A stretch of 64,000 nt of DNA from an uncultured Solirubrobacterales bacterium (GTDB taxonomy: Bacteria > Actinomycetota > Thermoleophilia > Solirubrobacterales > 70-9): contig CAVQPE010000008.1 in the NCBI GenBank assembly GCA_963714665.1, positions 776,848 through 840,847 on the forward strand, given 5' to 3'. The position numbers and the translations under genes are program-made. The notes below the pieces were generated by a model, which saw only the letters and a list, made by a program, of their open reading frames with translations, had not been told where the DNA came from and searched no databases. Below, piece after piece: positions 44,286 through 53,570 of this stretch (the stretch's first letter is position 1; each line of letters starts with the position of its first letter).

Positions 44286-45495
44286 CCGGTGCCGGGGCCT
44301 CGATGGCGGGTGGCGGCTCCGTGCCTCCTTCGGCCTCGGAGCTTTTGCGCAGGGCCAGGCCTACGAAGGGGAAGACGAGGGTCGAGAGCATGGCGGCGCC
44401 GACCAGGCCCGCTGCGGTCGAGGTCTTCATGTGGCCGGTCTCGGTGGCGATCGTGGTGATAGCCACGACGAGAGGGAGCTCGGTCGCGGAGTAGAAGGCG
44501 AGGGCGGCTCGGTCGCGGGCGCTGAGGACGCCTCGGTAGAGCAGCATCGCCGGGGTGCCGCGGACGATCAGGAAGAGGAAGAAGAACATCACCAGCTTGA
44601 GCAGGGCGGTGACCGAGCCGAGCGCGGCGAGATCGAACTCGATGCCGCTGGTGACGAAGAAGAAGGGGACGAAGAAGCCGAAGCCGACGGCCGTCAGCTT
44701 CGACTCGAAGACTTTCAGCTCGTGCCCTTTCAGGGCCATGCGTACGATCATTCCCGCCACGAAGCCGCCGATCAGGACGTCGAGGCCGAGCTTGCCGGCG
44801 AGCAGGACGAGGCCGAAGACGAGAACTACTGTGATCCGTACCGCGAGCTGGCTGCTCGACTCGAAGGTCCGCTCCAGCGCCGGCCAGCCGCGCCAGGCGA
44901 GTCGCACCGAGACCAGCGCCATCACCAGCGCCAGCACGATGAAGGCGACCAGGATCGCTGCCTCGTGAAAGGGGTTGGCGGTGGAGAGGACGAGGGTGAC
45001 CAGGAGGATCGGGCCGAACTCGCCGACCCCGCCCGCGGCCAGCAGGTAGGTGCCGAATTTGGTCTTCAGCTCGCCGTTGTCGCGCAGGATCGGGATCAGG
45101 GTGCCGATCGCCGTCGTCGCCATCGCCGAGCCGGTGTAGAGGAAGGAGACGATGATGCCGGCCGCGGCGAGGACGCCACCGAGCCCGTAGGCCAGGGCCA
45201 CCGAGAGCAGCCAGCCCCAGGCGCCGAGCCTCAGTGGCGTTCCCTTGATCCGCTCGAAGTCGATCTCGTAGCCGGCGAAGAAGAAGAGCATCCCGAGGCC
45301 GAGGTTGGAGAAGAAGGTGATGAAGTTGTCGGTCTTGGCGATGTCGAAGACTTCGGGGCCGACGAGGATCCCCAGCAGCAGCTCGACGACGACCACGGGC
45401 GGGGCGAAGCGCTTCGGCACAATGGCAACCGTGACCGCGGCCAGCGCCGCGACCACGACGATGACGAAGAACGAATCTGTGTCGACGTGGATCAC
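44281..45495 (-). CDS. Cation:proton antiporter (CPA/Kef-type sodium-hydrogen exchanger family)
   Basis: PPVVVVELLLGILVGPEVFDI, LGLGMLFFFAGYEIDF and about 11 TM segments are present. The 404-aa ORF is intact. Confidence 0.8.
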   Translation of the reverse strand: MIHVDTDSFFVIVVVAALAAVTVAIVPKRFAPPVVVVELLLGILVGPEVFDIAKTDNFITFFSNLGLGMLFFFAGYEIDFERIKGTPLRLGAWGWLLSVALAYGLGGVLAAAGIIVSFLYTGSAMATTAIGTLIPILRDNGELKTKFGTYLLAAGGVGEFGPILLVTLVLSTANPFHEAAILVAFIVLALVMALVSVRLAWRGWPALERTFESSSQLAVRITVVLVFGLVLLAGKLGLDVLIGGFVAGMIVRMALKGHELKVFESKLTAVGFGFFVPFFFVTSGIEFDLAALGSVTALLKLVMFFFLFLIVRGTPAMLLYRGVLSARDRAALAFYSATELPLVVAITTIATETGHMKTSTAAGLVGAAMLSTLVFPFVGLALRKSSEAEGGTEPPPAIEAPAPA

Positions 45496-45539
45496 GGGTC
45501 GCGCCGATCCTACGCCCGCGACCGGGTAGGATCGCGGAC

Positions 45540-45812
45540 GGACCGTGCTAGGCGGGGAATCAGCGGTGCCCTGTAACCCGCAATCCGCTCTAGCGGGGCC
45601 GAATCCCGTTCCGAGGGGCTGGCCGTCGGGGTCAGTGCGCCGCGGGCGGCGTTGACGGTCGGGTCCTGTGCGACGTGGGCACGCGAATCAGGTCAGGTCC
45701 GGAAGGAAGCAGCCTTAAGCGGATGCCGCGGGTGCCGCAGGAGAGCCCGGCTCGAGCCAATCGCGACGGACACGCCCGGTGACTTCGTCTCGGAGGACGG
45801 GGCGCACGGTCC
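45540..45812 (+). ncRNA. ffs: Signal recognition particle RNA, long (Bacillus-type, Alu-domain-containing) form
   Basis: The domain IV core is CAGGTCAGGTCCGGAAGGAAGCAGCC. The 5' region GTGCTAGGCGGGGAATCAGCGGTGCCCTGTAACCCGCAATCCGCTCTAGCGGGGCCGAATCCC closely parallels the B. subtilis scRNA Alu domain. The terminal helix is GGACCGTGC/GCACGGTCC, followed by ATTTTT. Confidence 0.85.
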
Positions 45813-45867
45813 ATTTTTCACCGCATCCGAGATTGACCCACCTCAGGGTGGGTGAAAATCGGGTGCG

Positions 45868-46659
45868 TCAGTCGATCAGGCGGGCTTCCATGCGGTTTAC
45901 GGCTATTCGCCACATTACGAAGGCGAAGGCGATCAGGCCGGCGAAGCGGATCAGGTCGACCGGGTCGTAGCCGAAGGCGCCGCCGCGGACCAGTTCGACC
46001 AGCTGGTGCAGGGGGTTGAGCTGGGCCAGGATCCGGAAGCCCTCGGGCAGTTCGTCGATCGGGAAGAAGGCACCGGAGACGAGGAAGAGCGGCGTGACGA
46101 AGAGCGCGGTGACGTAGTTGAACTGGTCGATCTTGGCGACGATCGCCGCCATCGTGATCCCGAAGCCGGCGAACCCCAGCGCCGTGAAGAGGGCGAAGAC
46201 CGGCACCAGCAGCATGCCCCAGGCGGGGTCGAGGCCGAAGCCGATTGTGACCAGCAGCGGCACGCAGCCATAGACGCTGGCGCGGGCGCCGATCCAGAGC
46301 ATCTCGGCGCTGACCAGCTCCTCGACGTCGACCGGCGCGGCGAGGATCGCGTCGTAGGTGTTCTGGAAGCGGTGCTTGACGAAGGTGCCGAACATCGCCG
46401 GCAGGGCGCTGGAGAAGATCACCGCGGTGGCGACCATGCCGGTGCCGACGAACTGCACGTAGGGGACGCCGTTGACTTCGTCGACCAGGGTCGCGCTGAG
46501 GCCGAGGCCGAAGGCGATCAGGTAGACGATCGGTTCGAGGATGCTGGAGAAGGTCGTCCCCTTCCAGTAGGTGCGGAAGTTGGCGACCTCGCGGCTCATC
46601 ACGCCGCCGATCGCGGCCGGTTCGAGCCGGCGGAGGCGGCGGCTGGTCTGCTCGCTCAT
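45868..46659 (-). CDS. ABC-2 type transporter permease
   Basis: VMSREVANFRTYWKGTTFSSILEPIVYLIAFGLGL...NPLHQLVELVRG and six TM segments are present. The ATG overlaps the ATPase stop (ATGA). Confidence 0.8.
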   Translation of the reverse strand: MSEQTSRRLRRLEPAAIGGVMSREVANFRTYWKGTTFSSILEPIVYLIAFGLGLSATLVDEVNGVPYVQFVGTGMVATAVIFSSALPAMFGTFVKHRFQNTYDAILAAPVDVEELVSAEMLWIGARASVYGCVPLLVTIGFGLDPAWGMLLVPVFALFTALGFAGFGITMAAIVAKIDQFNYVTALFVTPLFLVSGAFFPIDELPEGFRILAQLNPLHQLVELVRGGAFGYDPVDLIRFAGLIAFAFVMWRIAVNRMEARLID

Positions 46660-47547
46660 TCGGCCTCCGCCCCCGTCAGCAGGACGAAGACGTCCTCCAG
46701 CGAGGCGGCCCGGATCACCGCGTCCTCGGGGACCGCCCCGTCGCCGGCGCGCTCGGAGCCGACGATCGCGATCGCCGGGCCGGCAGGGCGCACCGCCAGT
46801 CCCTGTCCCTCGGCGACGGCTCGGACTTCGGTCAGGCGTTCGGGCGGGCCGTAGATCTCGGCGGTGTGGGTGCCGGCGTGGGCGGCGATCAGCTCGGCCG
46901 GCGTGGCGCGGGCGATCACCCGCCCCTTGTCCATCACCGCGACCTCGTCGGCGAGGCGCTCGGCCTCCTCTATGTAATGGGTTGACATCAGGATCGTCGT
47001 GCCGCGCGAGCGCAGCTCGCCGATCAGGGTCCAGAGCTCGGTGCGGATCTGGGGGTCGAGGCCGACCGTCGGCTCGTCGAGCAGGATCAGCCTCGGTTCG
47101 TGGACGAGGCCGCGGGCGAGCAGCAGGCGGCGGCGCATGCCGCCGGAGAGCTTGTCGACCGCCTCGCGGCGGCGCCCGCGCAGGCGGGCCAGGTCGAGCC
47201 CGCGGTCGACGGCCGCGCCGACGTCCTTCACCCGGGTAGAGCCGTGCGTACACGGCCAGGTTGTCCTCGACCGTGACGTCGACGTCGAGGTTGTCGAGCT
47301 GGGGCACGACGCCCATCTCGGCCCGAGCCGCCTTGGCGTCGCCCGGCAGCTCGTGGCCCAGCACGCGCAGCTCGCCCGAGTCGGCGATCGCCTGGCCGGT
47401 GAGCAGCCGCATCGTCGTCGACTTGCCGGCGCCGTTGGGCCCGAGCAGGCCGAGGCAGATGCCCTCCGGCACCTCCAGGTCCAGCCCGTCGACCGCGGTG
47501 ATCGGGCCAAAGCGCTTGACCGCACCGCGGAGCTCTATCGCCGCCAT
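46656..47547 (-). pseudogene. ABC transporter ATP-binding protein (ABC-2 exporter partner), frame break near 47240
   Basis: The N-terminus contains LLGPNGAGKSTTMRLL (Walker A). The remainder, LSGGMRRRLLLARGLVHEPRLILLDEPTVGLDP...ILMSTHYIEEAERLAD, is in ORF 46656-47525. Confidence 0.8.
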
Positions 47548-47557
47548 GCGTCGATTC

Positions 47558-48988
47558 TCAATGATCGGCGGCGCCGGCAGCGAGCTGGCGCTCCAGCTCG
47601 GCGGCGCGCTCGGGGTCGAAGATGCTGAGCGCGACCGCGGTGGCGACCGAGCGCAGGGTCGAGATCGCCAGCAGGCGCGGGTCGGTGGGCAGCCGCCTGG
47701 TCGACTCGGTGAGGAAGAGCTCGGCCAGCACCGGCAGGTCGCGGCCGCCGGCGGTGCGGAGGACCCGCAGCAACGACAGGGTCACGCCGGCGTCGGAGGC
47801 GCGCTGGTCCCAGCTGACGGGGCTGGGGGTGACGAGGACCAGGTGCGGGCGGGACTCGATCAGGGTGCGCGGCAGGTGGGTAGGGTCGTTCGGCCGTTCC
47901 TCGACGAAGTGGATCTGCACTCCGGACGGTTCGGCGCTGCCCAGGTAGCGATCGAACGCCTCACGCGGCGCGACCATCGTCACCGCGAAGTACCCGGTCC
48001 CGACCTCGGCCAGGTCCTCCATCAGGGCGGGGGCGTTGATCCCGCAACCGACGATCGTGAGCCGCAGGGGTCCTCCGTCACGCGCCGACCAGGCCGCGTC
48101 GACGAGCTCGGAGAAGGGCGCGATCTCGCCGTGCTCGGAGACCCAGCCGGGCAGCCCGGCCAGCGCCGGCGGGCGGGTGATCGCCAAGCGCAGGACGGCG
48201 GAGACGGTGCGGTCGGCGACGATCGCGTCCCAGTCGGAGGGGAAGAGTTCCCAGCTGGCGTCGACGTTGCGGCCGCGGCGGAAGACCAGCCGCACCTCCG
48301 GCTTGGCGTCGTGCTGGTTCAGGTAGTCGAGCAGGGCGAGGCCGCTCTGGGTCACTTCGACGTCCGAGGACTCGGCCGGCGCCGGGCCGAGGCTCGACCG
48401 CATCACCAGGATCGCCCGGGCGTGCTCGGCCGCGGCGAGCTCGAAGCCGGAGTCCCCGGCCGTGTCGCCGAAGACCAACTCGGTCTTCAGCCCGGCGCTG
48501 TTCTCCTCCAGCTCGTCGCGGATCTGGGCATGGGACTCGCGCGCCGACTCGGGAGCGAGCAGGACGAGCTGGTCCAGGCCGGTCTTCTGCTGGGCCTGCA
48601 CGGCGGCCGAGGTCGCGAGCTCGATCAGGTCGGTGCCGCCGATCACGAGCAGGTGGTCGCGGGCACGCACCGGGCGGTCCGCCTGTCCGATCCTCTCGAG
48701 CGAGCGCCCCACGATCTCGGCGACGAAGGTGAAGAGCAGGCCGACGAGCAGAACCAGCCCGACGACGACCTGGAAGACGCCGATCGAGCGCTGGGCGGCG
48801 CCCTTGTCATCGTGCAGGCTGGAGGGGTCGAGCACGTGCAGGGTCGCCGACCAGATCGCGTCGCCAAAGGTCCCGTACTCGTCGAAGGCGAAGTGGGCGA
48901 GCGCGGCGCTGCCGAGGATGACGACGGCCACCGCGCCGACGAGCAGCGCGATCCGGCCCAGCGTCGATTCCGTCACCCGTCTCCACAT
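47558..48988 (-). CDS. CASTOR/POLLUX-related putative ion channel (2-TM pore-like N-terminus plus two RCK-like domains)
   Basis: IALLVGAVAVVILGSAALAHF, FGDAIWSATLHVLDPSSL (pore-helix-like, lacking a TVGYG filter) and VVVGLVLLVGLLFTFVAEIV are followed by HLLVIGGTDL and LTIVGCGINA Rossmann starts. Confidence 0.55.
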   Translation of the reverse strand: MWRRVTESTLGRIALLVGAVAVVILGSAALAHFAFDEYGTFGDAIWSATLHVLDPSSLHDDKGAAQRSIGVFQVVVGLVLLVGLLFTFVAEIVGRSLERIGQADRPVRARDHLLVIGGTDLIELATSAAVQAQQKTGLDQLVLLAPESARESHAQIRDELEENSAGLKTELVFGDTAGDSGFELAAAEHARAILVMRSSLGPAPAESSDVEVTQSGLALLDYLNQHDAKPEVRLVFRRGRNVDASWELFPSDWDAIVADRTVSAVLRLAITRPPALAGLPGWVSEHGEIAPFSELVDAAWSARDGGPLRLTIVGCGINAPALMEDLAEVGTGYFAVTMVAPREAFDRYLGSAEPSGVQIHFVEERPNDPTHLPRTLIESRPHLVLVTPSPVSWDQRASDAGVTLSLLRVLRTAGGRDLPVLAELFLTESTRRLPTDPRLLAISTLRSVATAVALSIFDPERAAELERQLAAGAADH

Positions 48989-49086
48989 ATCGGCGCGACT
49001 GACTTTATGCCTCCATGTGGAAGGGGAAAGTCAGTCACGCCCGGGGGACTTGGAGGGGCGACCGTGGGTGTTGGGAGACTGGCGGC

Positions 49087-49872
49087 GTGCTGGACGAGCG
49101 CTGGATCAGGTCGCTGCATGTGGAGACATTGCGCGAGGAGGAACTGCACGCCGAGCGAGAGGCGCACGTGCTCTTCCAGGCCTCGACGATCGGGGCGCTG
49201 CTGGAGGGCGCCTACGACGGCGACCTCTCCTTCGCCGAGCTGGCCGAGCACGGCGACCTCGGGCTGGGGACGCTGAACGGCCTCGACGGCGAGATGATCG
49301 GGCTCGACGGGCGCTTCTACCGGGCCGACGTGGACGGCAACGTGAGCGAGGTCAACGCGACCGGGCGAACGCCGTTCGCGGTCGTGACCAGGTTCGAGCC
49401 GACTATCGACGTGGCCCGAGATGGGCCGTTCGACCACGACGGCCTGCTCGCGTGGCTGGACGAGCTGCTCCCCGCCGATGCGGCTTCCTGTGCGGTCCGG
49501 ATCGACGGGCGCTTCGACTTGGTCCGGGCTCGCTCGGTGCCCCGTCAGCACCCGCCCTATCGGCCGCTGACGGAGGTGGTCGCGGAGCAGCACGTCTTCG
49601 AGCTGAACGACGTGAGCGGGACGATGGTCGGCTTCCGCTTCCCCGACTACGTCGAGGGAATCGAGGTCAGCGGCTACCACCTTCACTTCATCGGCAAGGA
49701 CCGGGTTCGGGGCGGTCACGTGCTCGGCTCCCGCGCCGCCGGGACGCTCCGAGCCCGCCTCGACCCGTCCAGCGATTTGCACGTCGAGCTGCCGCCGGGG
49801 GTCGAGCTGTCCGATCCGGGTGTCGCCGCCGCCACGCACGATGCCCTTGACCGTGTCGAGAAAGCCGGGTAG
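49087..49872 (+). CDS. budA: Alpha-acetolactate decarboxylase
   Basis: VLFQASTIGALLEGAYDGDLSFAELAEHGDLGLGTLNGLDGEMIGLDGRFY, PFAVVTRF, MVGFRFPDYVEGIEVSGYHLHFI and the HVLG region are present. A GTG start is assumed. Confidence 0.85.
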   Translation: MLDERWIRSLHVETLREEELHAEREAHVLFQASTIGALLEGAYDGDLSFAELAEHGDLGLGTLNGLDGEMIGLDGRFYRADVDGNVSEVNATGRTPFAVVTRFEPTIDVARDGPFDHDGLLAWLDELLPADAASCAVRIDGRFDLVRARSVPRQHPPYRPLTEVVAEQHVFELNDVSGTMVGFRFPDYVEGIEVSGYHLHFIGKDRVRGGHVLGSRAAGTLRARLDPSSDLHVELPPGVELSDPGVAAATHDALDRVEKAG

Positions 49873-49873
49873 C

Positions 49874-49916
49874 GCGGTCGTCATTTCATCCAGATAGCGG
49901 ATGAAATGACGACCGC
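49874..49916. terminator. Perfect 18-bp stem hairpin between convergent genes (bidirectional terminator candidate)
   Basis: GCGGTCGTCATTTCATCC - AGATAGC - GGATGAAATGACGACCGC. Confidence 0.6.
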
Positions 49917-49977
49917 AGCCGGGATCAGAGCGAGTCTGCGATCGGCTCGAACAGCCCCGAGCGCTTGAACCCACCCA

Positions 49978-51639
49978 TCAGCAGCGACGGTATAGGAGCC
50001 AGGAGTCGTTTTCCGCGATGCGGTGGAAGCCGGGGGGGACGGCGCGGGAGAAGTTGGTGGGGTCGTTGGGGTCGAGGATGAAGTTGTGGATCACGAAGGA
50101 GCTGGCTGGGTCGAGGAAGTAGCCGGCGCGGCGGGCGTCCTCCTCGCTGGCGCTGACGATCTGGGTCGGCTTCACGTCGAGGCTGAAGGCGAGGCGCGGG
50201 ATCGCGCGGTGGTTGGGGACGGCGATCGTGCCGCAGAGGGGCTTGGCGAGGGCGCCGGTATCGGCAAGGTCGGTGAGGTCGCGCTCGATCGAGCCCTGGT
50301 CGGTGAGGTCGCTCTTCACGGTCGAGTCGAGGTCCCACTGGTTGGGGAGCCAGAGCACGAACATCGCCAGGACCAGGCCCGCGAATGCCTGCCAGCGCTG
50401 CCGCCAGGGGTGACCGGGATCGAGCAGTCGCCAGCCGAGCAGGGCGACGGCGACGAAGATCGCCAGCAGCGCGGCGCCGAGCATCGTGTAGCGGGCGATG
50501 ATCGCCAGCCCGGCGGCGGCGAGCAGCGCGAACGCCCCGATCGCTAGTGCGGTCGCGACCAGGCCGAGCGCCGAGCGGCGGCGCAGGAAGGCGAAGGCGA
50601 GGACGACGCCTCCCGCGGCGCCGATCATTCCCGGCCACTGCAGCACTTCGCCGAGAGCTCGTGGGCCCCAGAGGACGAGGTCGACCGGGCCGGTGTGGCG
50701 GGCGAGGGTGTCTACGGTTTCTCGGGTGCCGGTGAACGAGTAGGTGGGGCTGCCGGTGGTGGCCCAGTCGAAGAGGGCCCAGGCGAGAGGGGCGGCTAGG
50801 GCGAGGGCTGCCAAGGCAATTCCGCGGGGGGAGACGAGGGCACCCCTTGCCCGTCCAATCGCCGGCCTAATTAGGCCGGCGATTTGAGTATCCGCCCGGT
50901 CAAGGGGTGCCCTCGTCTCCCCTTCGGGGTCGGGTTGGTGGGACGCGCGTCGAGTCTCGGGGGCGTCGTCTGGGGCGGCGGAAGCTTTAGAAGCTTGTGG
51001 GCGAGCGAGGAGGAGATAAGCGAGGTAGGCGATTGAGAAGAGCCAGGCCTCTGGGCGGAGCAGGCCTGCGAGGGCTAGGAGGGCTAGGACGGGCCAGCCT
51101 GCGCGTGGCTTTCGCGTCTCTATAAGGAGAGCGCCGAGGGAGAGGGCTATGTAGGGGAGGTCTACGTAGGCGCGGAGGCCGTTGGAGAGGTATGGGGCGC
51201 GGGTTAGGACTATGAGGGCGGCTACGGCGCCGATTGGGCGGTCGAACCAGAGGGAGCCGAGGCGGTAGATCAGGTAGCCGATGAGGCCGAGAGAGACGTA
51301 GGCGATGATCATCGTCACGGTGATCGCGCCGCTGTCGAGGGGCGTCGTCACCATCCCGACCAGGTCGGCGAGCGGGTGCGGTGTGGGGGGAAGGGCGGCG
51401 CCGTAGTCCGGGCTCACGCCATGCGCCAGTTCCCGGCCCCAGACGAGTGCGTAGATCGTGTCGTAGTTGGGGAAGCCGGTCGGGAAGACGAGCAGCAGGG
51501 CCGCCGTGACGGCAGCGACCCAGGCGGCGGGCGTCAACCAATTGCGGGCCCTCTGCGGCACCGGCGCACGGTATCCGCTGCCGCCCGTAAGGGGGGTGCC
51601 TGAGCTAGCGGGGTCATATGCACCCATTAGCTCAGGCAC
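49978..51639 (-). CDS. GT-C-fold membrane glycosyltransferase-like protein (ArnT/PMT/GT39-like)
   Basis: The N-terminal half has about 8 TM segments with NYDTIYALVWGRELAHG and RAPYLSNGLRAYVDLPYIAL. A large C-terminal soluble domain follows. The ORF contains an in-frame nested-hairpin element. Confidence 0.55.
   Translation of the reverse strand: MPELMGAYDPASSGTPLTGGSGYRAPVPQRARNWLTPAAWVAAVTAALLLVFPTGFPNYDTIYALVWGRELAHGVSPDYGAALPPTPHPLADLVGMVTTPLDSGAITVTMIIAYVSLGLIGYLIYRLGSLWFDRPIGAVAALIVLTRAPYLSNGLRAYVDLPYIALSLGALLIETRKPRAGWPVLALLALAGLLRPEAWLFSIAYLAYLLLARPQASKASAAPDDAPETRRASHQPDPEGETRAPLDRADTQIAGLIRPAIGRARGALVSPRGIALAALALAAPLAWALFDWATTGSPTYSFTGTRETVDTLARHTGPVDLVLWGPRALGEVLQWPGMIGAAGGVVLAFAFLRRRSALGLVATALAIGAFALLAAAGLAIIARYTMLGAALLAIFVAVALLGWRLLDPGHPWRQRWQAFAGLVLAMFVLWLPNQWDLDSTVKSDLTDQGSIERDLTDLADTGALAKPLCGTIAVPNHRAIPRLAFSLDVKPTQIVSASEEDARRAGYFLDPASSFVIHNFILDPNDPTNFSRAVPPGFHRIAENDSWLLYRRC
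50828..50922. repeat. Nested double-hairpin element, copy C, lying in-frame inside the glycosyltransferase-like ORF
   Basis: The outer 22-nt arms GGGGAGACGAGGGCACCCCTTG (50828-50849) and CAAGGGGTGCCCTCGTCTCCCC (50901-50922) are exact complements. The inner hairpin is AATCGCCGGCC-TAATTA-GGCCGGCGATT followed by TGAGTATCC. Confidence 0.9.
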
Positions 51640-51686
51640 CCCTTCGGGGGAGAGGGGCTCGTGGATACACTGGCCCGAGTTCAGCG

Positions 51687-53570
51687 ATGACCGACTCGAT
51701 CTCCCTCTACCGCCGCCACCGACCCGGCTCCTTCGACGAGGTCGTGGGGCAGCAGCACGTCGTCCGCACCCTGCGCAACGCGGTCGAGCAGGGCAAGGTT
51801 CACCACGCCTACCTCTTCGTCGGCTCGCGCGGCACCGGCAAGACCTCGATGGCGAAGATCCTTGCCCGCTCGCTCAACTGCGAGCGCGGCGGGCCGACGA
51901 TCACGCCCTGCGGCGAATGCGAATCGTGCACGACGATCGCCGGCGGCACCTCGATCGACGTGATCGAGATGGACGCCGCCTCCAACCGCTCCGTCGACGA
52001 CGTCCGCGACCTGCGCGAGCGGGTCGCCTACGCGCCCACCGGCGGTCGCTGGAAGGTCTACATCCTCGACGAGGCGCACATGCTGACCAAGGAGGCCTGG
52101 AACGCCTTCCTCAAGACGCTGGAGGAGCCGCCGCCGAACACCGTCTTCGTCCTCGCCACCACCGAGTCGCACAAGGTGATGGCGACGATCGCCGACCGCT
52201 GCCAGCGCTTCGACTTCCAGCGCCCCTCGCTGGAGCAGATCTCCGAGGTGCTGACGCGGGTCGCCGCCGCCGAGGGGATCGAAGCCGAGGACGCCGCCGT
52301 GGCGATGATCGCCCGCTCGGCCTCCGGCAGCTTCCGCGACGCGCTCGGCACGCTCGACCAGCTCGTCGCCTTCGGCGGCAACCGGGTCAAGCTCGACGAT
52401 GTCCTCGAGCTGCTCGGTGCAGCCGACGCCGAGCTCCTCTTCGACGCCGTCGACGCCGTCATAGCCGAGGACCCAAAGGCGGTCCTGCTCGGGGTCGAGA
52501 AGATGGCCCGCTCCGGCCGCGACCCCGCCCGCTTCGCCCGCGACCTGCTCGCCCACCTGCGCCACCTGCTGGTGACGCAGACCGTGGGCGAGGTGCCAAA
52601 CACCTTCGTGGTGACGGCAACGGATGCCGATCGCCTCTCGGCCCAGGCAAGCGCAATAGGCGCGGCAACCCTCGTCCGCACCATCGACGAGCTGGCAAAC
52701 GCGCTTACCGCCGTGCGCGAGGGCGACGACGCCCGCATGGCAGTCGAGATCGCCCTGCTGAAGGCCGCGCGACCGGACCTCGATCCCTCGACCGAGGGAT
52801 TGCTGAGGCGTATCGAGAGACTTGAACAAGGGACGGGGCCGACTGGGCCGCGGGTCCTGTCGCAGGGGGAGGGGGGCACTGCGGGCAGTCCACGGGCTGT
52901 CCTCGACCCCCCACCCCCTGCGCCACCCGCGGCAGAGACCGCCCCGGTCGACGATGCTGCCCACGAGCCGCCCCAAGCTTCGCCGCAAGGCTCCGAGGCG
53001 TCAGCGGAAGACGACCCGCTTCCGGCCGCGTCCGATACCGCTGACGACGCTGAGGCTGCCGAAGCCGAAATCTCAGAGCCGGCCGAGCCTACGCCGTCTA
53101 CCGGGGACGATCCTCCCGCGGGTGGCGCTGTAGGGGGGACCGCCCCTGAGGACGCTTTAGCGACCGGAAGGGGCGGTGGGTCCCCTGCAGCGACAGGACC
53201 CGCGGGTCAGCCCGACCTCGATGAGGTCGTCCGCATGTGGTCGGCCGTTATTCACAAGCTTGGGGAGACAAGTCCCGCTTTGGCAGCAACGTTCGAGGGC
53301 GCGAGGCCGGTGAGCTTGGACGAGGAGGGCTTGCAGGTCGGGTTCCCCGCCGAGTTCACCTTCAACAAGCGCAAGGCCGAGGCGCCGGAGAAGCGGGAGC
53401 TGATGGCCGACGCGATCGAGTCGGTGCTCGGGGATCGGATCAAGCCCGCCTACGTTTTGCTCGACGGTGAGGCTGCTCCCGAGGAGGGGGCTGCCTCCGC
53501 GGACGAGATCGATCACGATGCGATCGAGGAGAAGCTGAGGAGCGAGTTCGACGCGAAGGAGGTTGGCTAG
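51687..53570 (+). CDS. dnaX: DNA polymerase III subunit gamma/tau
   Basis: LYRRHRPGSFDEVVGQQHVVRTLRNAVEQGKVHHAYLFVGSRGTGKTSMAKILARSLNCE, a CGECESC zinc module, KVYILDEAHMLT and a low-complexity Pro/Ala/Glu linker are present. Confidence 0.9.
   Translation: MTDSISLYRRHRPGSFDEVVGQQHVVRTLRNAVEQGKVHHAYLFVGSRGTGKTSMAKILARSLNCERGGPTITPCGECESCTTIAGGTSIDVIEMDAASNRSVDDVRDLRERVAYAPTGGRWKVYILDEAHMLTKEAWNAFLKTLEEPPPNTVFVLATTESHKVMATIADRCQRFDFQRPSLEQISEVLTRVAAAEGIEAEDAAVAMIARSASGSFRDALGTLDQLVAFGGNRVKLDDVLELLGAADAELLFDAVDAVIAEDPKAVLLGVEKMARSGRDPARFARDLLAHLRHLLVTQTVGEVPNTFVVTATDADRLSAQASAIGAATLVRTIDELANALTAVREGDDARMAVEIALLKAARPDLDPSTEGLLRRIERLEQGTGPTGPRVLSQGEGGTAGSPRAVLDPPPPAPPAAETAPVDDAAHEPPQASPQGSEASAEDDPLPAASDTADDAEAAEAEISEPAEPTPSTGDDPPAGGAVGGTAPEDALATGRGGGSPAATGPAGQPDLDEVVRMWSAVIHKLGETSPALAATFEGARPVSLDEEGLQVGFPAEFTFNKRKAEAPEKRELMADAIESVLGDRIKPAYVLLDGEAAPEEGAASADEIDHDAIEEKLRSEFDAKEVG

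Noticed and set aside
47261-49276. A 671-aa plus-strand ORF.
   Set aside because: It is antisense to the ABC ATPase and the CASTOR/POLLUX-like channel. No motifs are present and the composition is biased.
51687-53570. A programmed ribosomal frameshift in dnaX (tau/gamma).
   Set aside because: No A-AAA-AAG-type slippery heptamer with a downstream hairpin was seen. The ORF is simply continuous.
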